From NCBI RefSeq assembly GCF_006345805.1, contig NW_021832528.1, positions 210,786-274,785 on the forward strand: a stretch of 64,000 nt of DNA. The letters are read 5' to 3'. This document shows positions 60,950-64,000 of this stretch, in pieces. Both the position numbers and the translations under genes were made by a program. Position 1 is the stretch's first letter. Each line of letters starts with the position of its first letter. This DNA comes from Octopus sinensis. Taxonomy: Eukaryota. The notes beneath the pieces were generated by a model that worked only from the letters and a program-made list of their open reading frames with translations, searched no databases and was not told where the DNA came from.

Positions 60950-61800
60950 TGTCTACCGGTCTACCAGGGCGAAGACCGTCTATGCCGCAACAACTACCGG
61001 TCGCCAGAGAATTAATGGCATCAAGGACTTCCTCTTTAGAGGCATGAGAGTTTGGAAGGTCAGAATGGGCGATAAGGGGCCGTTGGTCATCGGAGGATTG
61101 GGGTGCTTCGTTTTTAGTTCTGCAAGAACTTGGGGAGTTATTTCGAGCGCCTTGGCATCGGATGCAAGACACGGACAGCACCGGCAACATTTCCTTCCAA
61201 TAGTTGGGCGGACACGTAAGCGGATGGAGTCGCGGTTGGTTGTCTCGTCGTTCTGTGGGGCGCGTGGCTGGTGTTTCTTGCTTTTATGTTGGGCCTTGGC
61301 GGGGACACCTAACAAACTGGAGAAATCCGAGGGGCATGACATATAGGCGGAGATATTGGCTTTAAATCGGGAGGAATTAGAAATGGAATGAATGTTATGC
61401 CCTTTGGGCTGCTTGGGGGTAGCCTCTTTAGGGAGGCCTAAGGCCATGATTCCGAAACAGAAAAGATGGTTCCAACTTGATGGGTCGTTGGAAGTAAGTG
61501 CATTGTTAATAACGGAAGATAATGTGTCGGCCGCGAGAATCCGAACAGCCTTAGGAATTTTGACTGGGATAGAACGGACTCTTTTAGCTCGGGCAACCGA
61601 CAAGAGGAAATCTTTTACAGATATAATGGGAATGATTGGATGGGAGAGATTGGAAATAGGCACAGCAGTAGAAAATGCCGGAGGCGAGGAAGGGGCAAGG
61701 GGATGGCATGACACTCGCAAGAGGAGCACGTGCAACCGTTTTTCCTCTGGTTGCTTAGCTTGCACGAATTGCAAAGAAGTGATTTTTTAGAAATAGATAG
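60950..61800 (-). mobile_element. CRE-like N-terminal half with a partially deleted PHD finger
   Basis: CNSC...CSSC start; VKIPKAVRILAADTL; W..LF.F...L; LAS...I...V...L..KHP; SCCGIDGLRP. Confidence 0.8.
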
Positions 61801-62099
61801 AACCATGTGGATATGGTAAATTAATACAATACAATGGGATAAGGAACAAAAGAGAGTAGAAATAAATGAAAGAAATGGATGAATGAAAGATAATGTACTA
61901 CAAGAACAACGTGCAAATACAAAATATTGTTTATTCCGACTGTGACATAATATTTTGAAACTTTTTTTAGTTTTTAAAAGAATTTGACAACACATTTATT
62001 AACTTTTATAATTAAATTATGCATGTCAATAATTTCCAAAATACTTCTGGAATGTCGTTTATTGATCAAAAACAGAGATCGAAAGAAAACAAGGAAAGA

Positions 62100-62400
62100 T
62101 CGTTAACGGGGAGATTAAACGAGTCACCGAAGTGTCTCTTTCATTGCGTATCCCCAATTATAGTCAGTGTCGACAAATTTTCTCCAAGACCATCCGGATC
62201 GTGGGCACATAGGATTCTTGCAAGCTTTCTAGCCTTCTGTCAAGTTGTACTCCATAAGCCAGTTTTAATGCAAAACGATGGCACCTGGTTAAGCTTTTGA
62301 GAATTCTGTCATTTTTTCCTTTGGTTAGCTATGTGGTCGGCGTATGAACCACGACAGTTGACTATTACTCCTCCGTTCCAAAAACTTGGTAAGAAAAGGA
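62100..62400 (-). mobile_element. APE-type LINE C-terminal remnant (related to 28.4-28.85 kb)
   Basis: TRCHRFALKLAY ~ TRRFTIKLAY. Confidence 0.5.
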
Positions 62401-62609
62401 ATCAAACTGTCACAAGTATGTACGGTAAGGTTGCTTAATTAAACGTTTTTCAAAAGGCGTGATGAATCTTTATATCTAATTAATTCCTCAAGACAAATTC
62501 AAAAATATAACACACAATGCATATATGAATCTACATATTTATGCGAATCAATATTTAGTAAAATGGAAAAATTTACGTAATTTTATTTATTTGAAAAGTC
62601 CAGATAAAA

Positions 62610-63105
62610 TTGATTTTTAATTATTGCGTCTGCTTTCAGTCAATTCTCCTCCTCTTCGAGCCCGAGCAAGTGTCTTCGACGGGTACATTTATCCATTTTA
62701 CAGGGCAGGCCACTTTTGTGATTGTTCTCGAGTCCGATTTAATTGCATGCTTCGTCGCTGTAGGAAAGAGTTTAACTCCGGGCGCATGCTTTCCAATGTT
62801 CTCTTTATCACGATTGACTGGATATAAGCTCACGTAGATTCCTGGACTTGCAAGGAGTTCTGGTAATGTTTATAGAATCTGGATGTTATTCCATCCCACG
62901 TAATAACCAAAAGTATGATATTCACTTTTGCGTTATGGATTACCTTCAATTCGTTCGCCAAAAGGTCATATTTATGTAATTTTTCTACTTCTACTTGCTT
63001 CAAGGATTGCTGAGAAGTAATCCCAATTTCGATAAGCGTAATAATATTCCAAACTTTGTCGAAGACAAAAATGTCCGGTTTATTATTACTCACTATAGTG
63101 TCCAA
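62610..63105 (-). mobile_element. R4/Dong-like LINE 3' fragment (RLE)
   Basis: NNKPDIFVFDK...IEIGIT...VEVEKLHKYDLLANEL...WDG. Confidence 0.9.
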
Positions 63106-63331
63106 AATGGAAAAAATAAAAATATATAAAATATTTTTTGTGCGGCCCGCAAAGCTAATCTTAATTATCGATTTGGCCCTTGAGCTAAAAAGGTTGAGAA
63201 CCCCTGTACTAGGATATAATTAAAAAGATTTATAAGATGCTAAGAACCGTTCGACCTTCTCCTCCCCCCCACGACTTTGGGAGGGGTGGCCTTCCAATTT
63301 CCCCCTCTCTTTTCTACATCTGGCTGGCGAC

Positions 63332-63703
63332 GTGGAACCGAATCCGAGGCCCGATTCTCTGGTTATTCTACAACTGAATGTCAATGGAGTCCGAAGTAAA
63401 ATCTTGGAGATACGCTCCTTTTTATCCCGGCTAAAAGTGAACATTGCTCTCATCCAGGAGGCTAAACTCTCTGTGTCATCTTCAACACCACGGTTTCCTG
63501 GCTACACTGTACAGCGAAAAGACCGAACGAAAAGTCTTGGTGGAGGACTATTGACAATTGTTAAGGATGGACTTGTGTTTACCAATGTCACTACATTCGT
63601 ATCCTCCCTATGTGAAGGCGACCCTATTTTGAAGCAAATCTCTATAGAAGTTCCTTTTTCATCCTTAAGACATTTTACATTGTGCAATGTATACATTGCA
63701 TGA
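63332..63703 (+). mobile_element. APE endonuclease fragment of a LINE
   Basis: LQLNVNGVRSK...ALIQEAKL...GYTVQRKDR...GGGLLTIVK...NVY. Confidence 0.9.
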
Positions 63704-63960
63704 CAAACTCAAGCAAACCGAAGTGGAAAAAATACATAAATATGATTTTAGGCTGGAGAATTACGAATACTTTACTGGGCATCTGTGAAGATTATTCCAA
63801 TTGTGCTGACATGGGATGAAGTGGTTTTAACGTGTTACAAAGCCTTAGAAAAATTATCTGTTTAAGGCACGACAAGAACATAAATTTATGTACTTGTGAT
63901 GAAGAAAACAATAGAAAGCATAGTGATGGAGCATAAACATGGCATTTATACGCCTCAGGA
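63704..63960 (+). mobile_element. R4/Dong-like LINE 3' remnant
   Basis: LKQTEVEKIHKYD...IPIVLTWD. Confidence 0.7.
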
Positions 63961-64000
63961 AGAATTCATTACGGCAACCAGCCAGTTGATTAAAATGACA

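Noticed and set aside
6728-61790. Long antisense ORFs such as 6728-7291, 30689-31102, 48068-48511, 49223-49618, 61044-61346 and 61392-61790
   Set aside because: They are shadows of GC-richer retrotransposon coding sequence on the other strand and carry no independent motifs.

Overview
AT-rich eukaryotic nuclear DNA with very short introns (about 21-30 nt). The gene set is animal-like (SLC35B2, EME1, calpain, cathepsin L), suggesting a reduced parasite such as a myxozoan or dicyemid; this host assignment is inference only. The first ~10 kb is a compact host island: tRNA-Ser(AGA), EME1 head-to-head with a PAPS transporter, and a 2-Cys peroxiredoxin. The rest is mostly nested, broken transposons: CRE-, R4/Dong-, RTE- and CR1/I-like LINEs, plus hAT, pogo, Tc1, Ginger2 and Merlin-like DNA elements. 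The main finding is a cluster of endogenous rhabdovirus-like elements. There are three clear L-polymerase fragments (N-terminal WGH region; RdRp-C/FPDP plus MTase GDGSGG; connector-MTase-CTD), one weaker L fragment and a decayed glycoprotein gene. An orphan intronless ORF is followed by a TG(A)7 gene-end-like signal. A same-strand chimera of L fragments, the orphan gene's 3' end and a LINE 3' tail looks like a LINE template-switching capture product. All protein assignments come from manual translation and recalled reference motifs (VSV L, G, N, M). No database searches were run.
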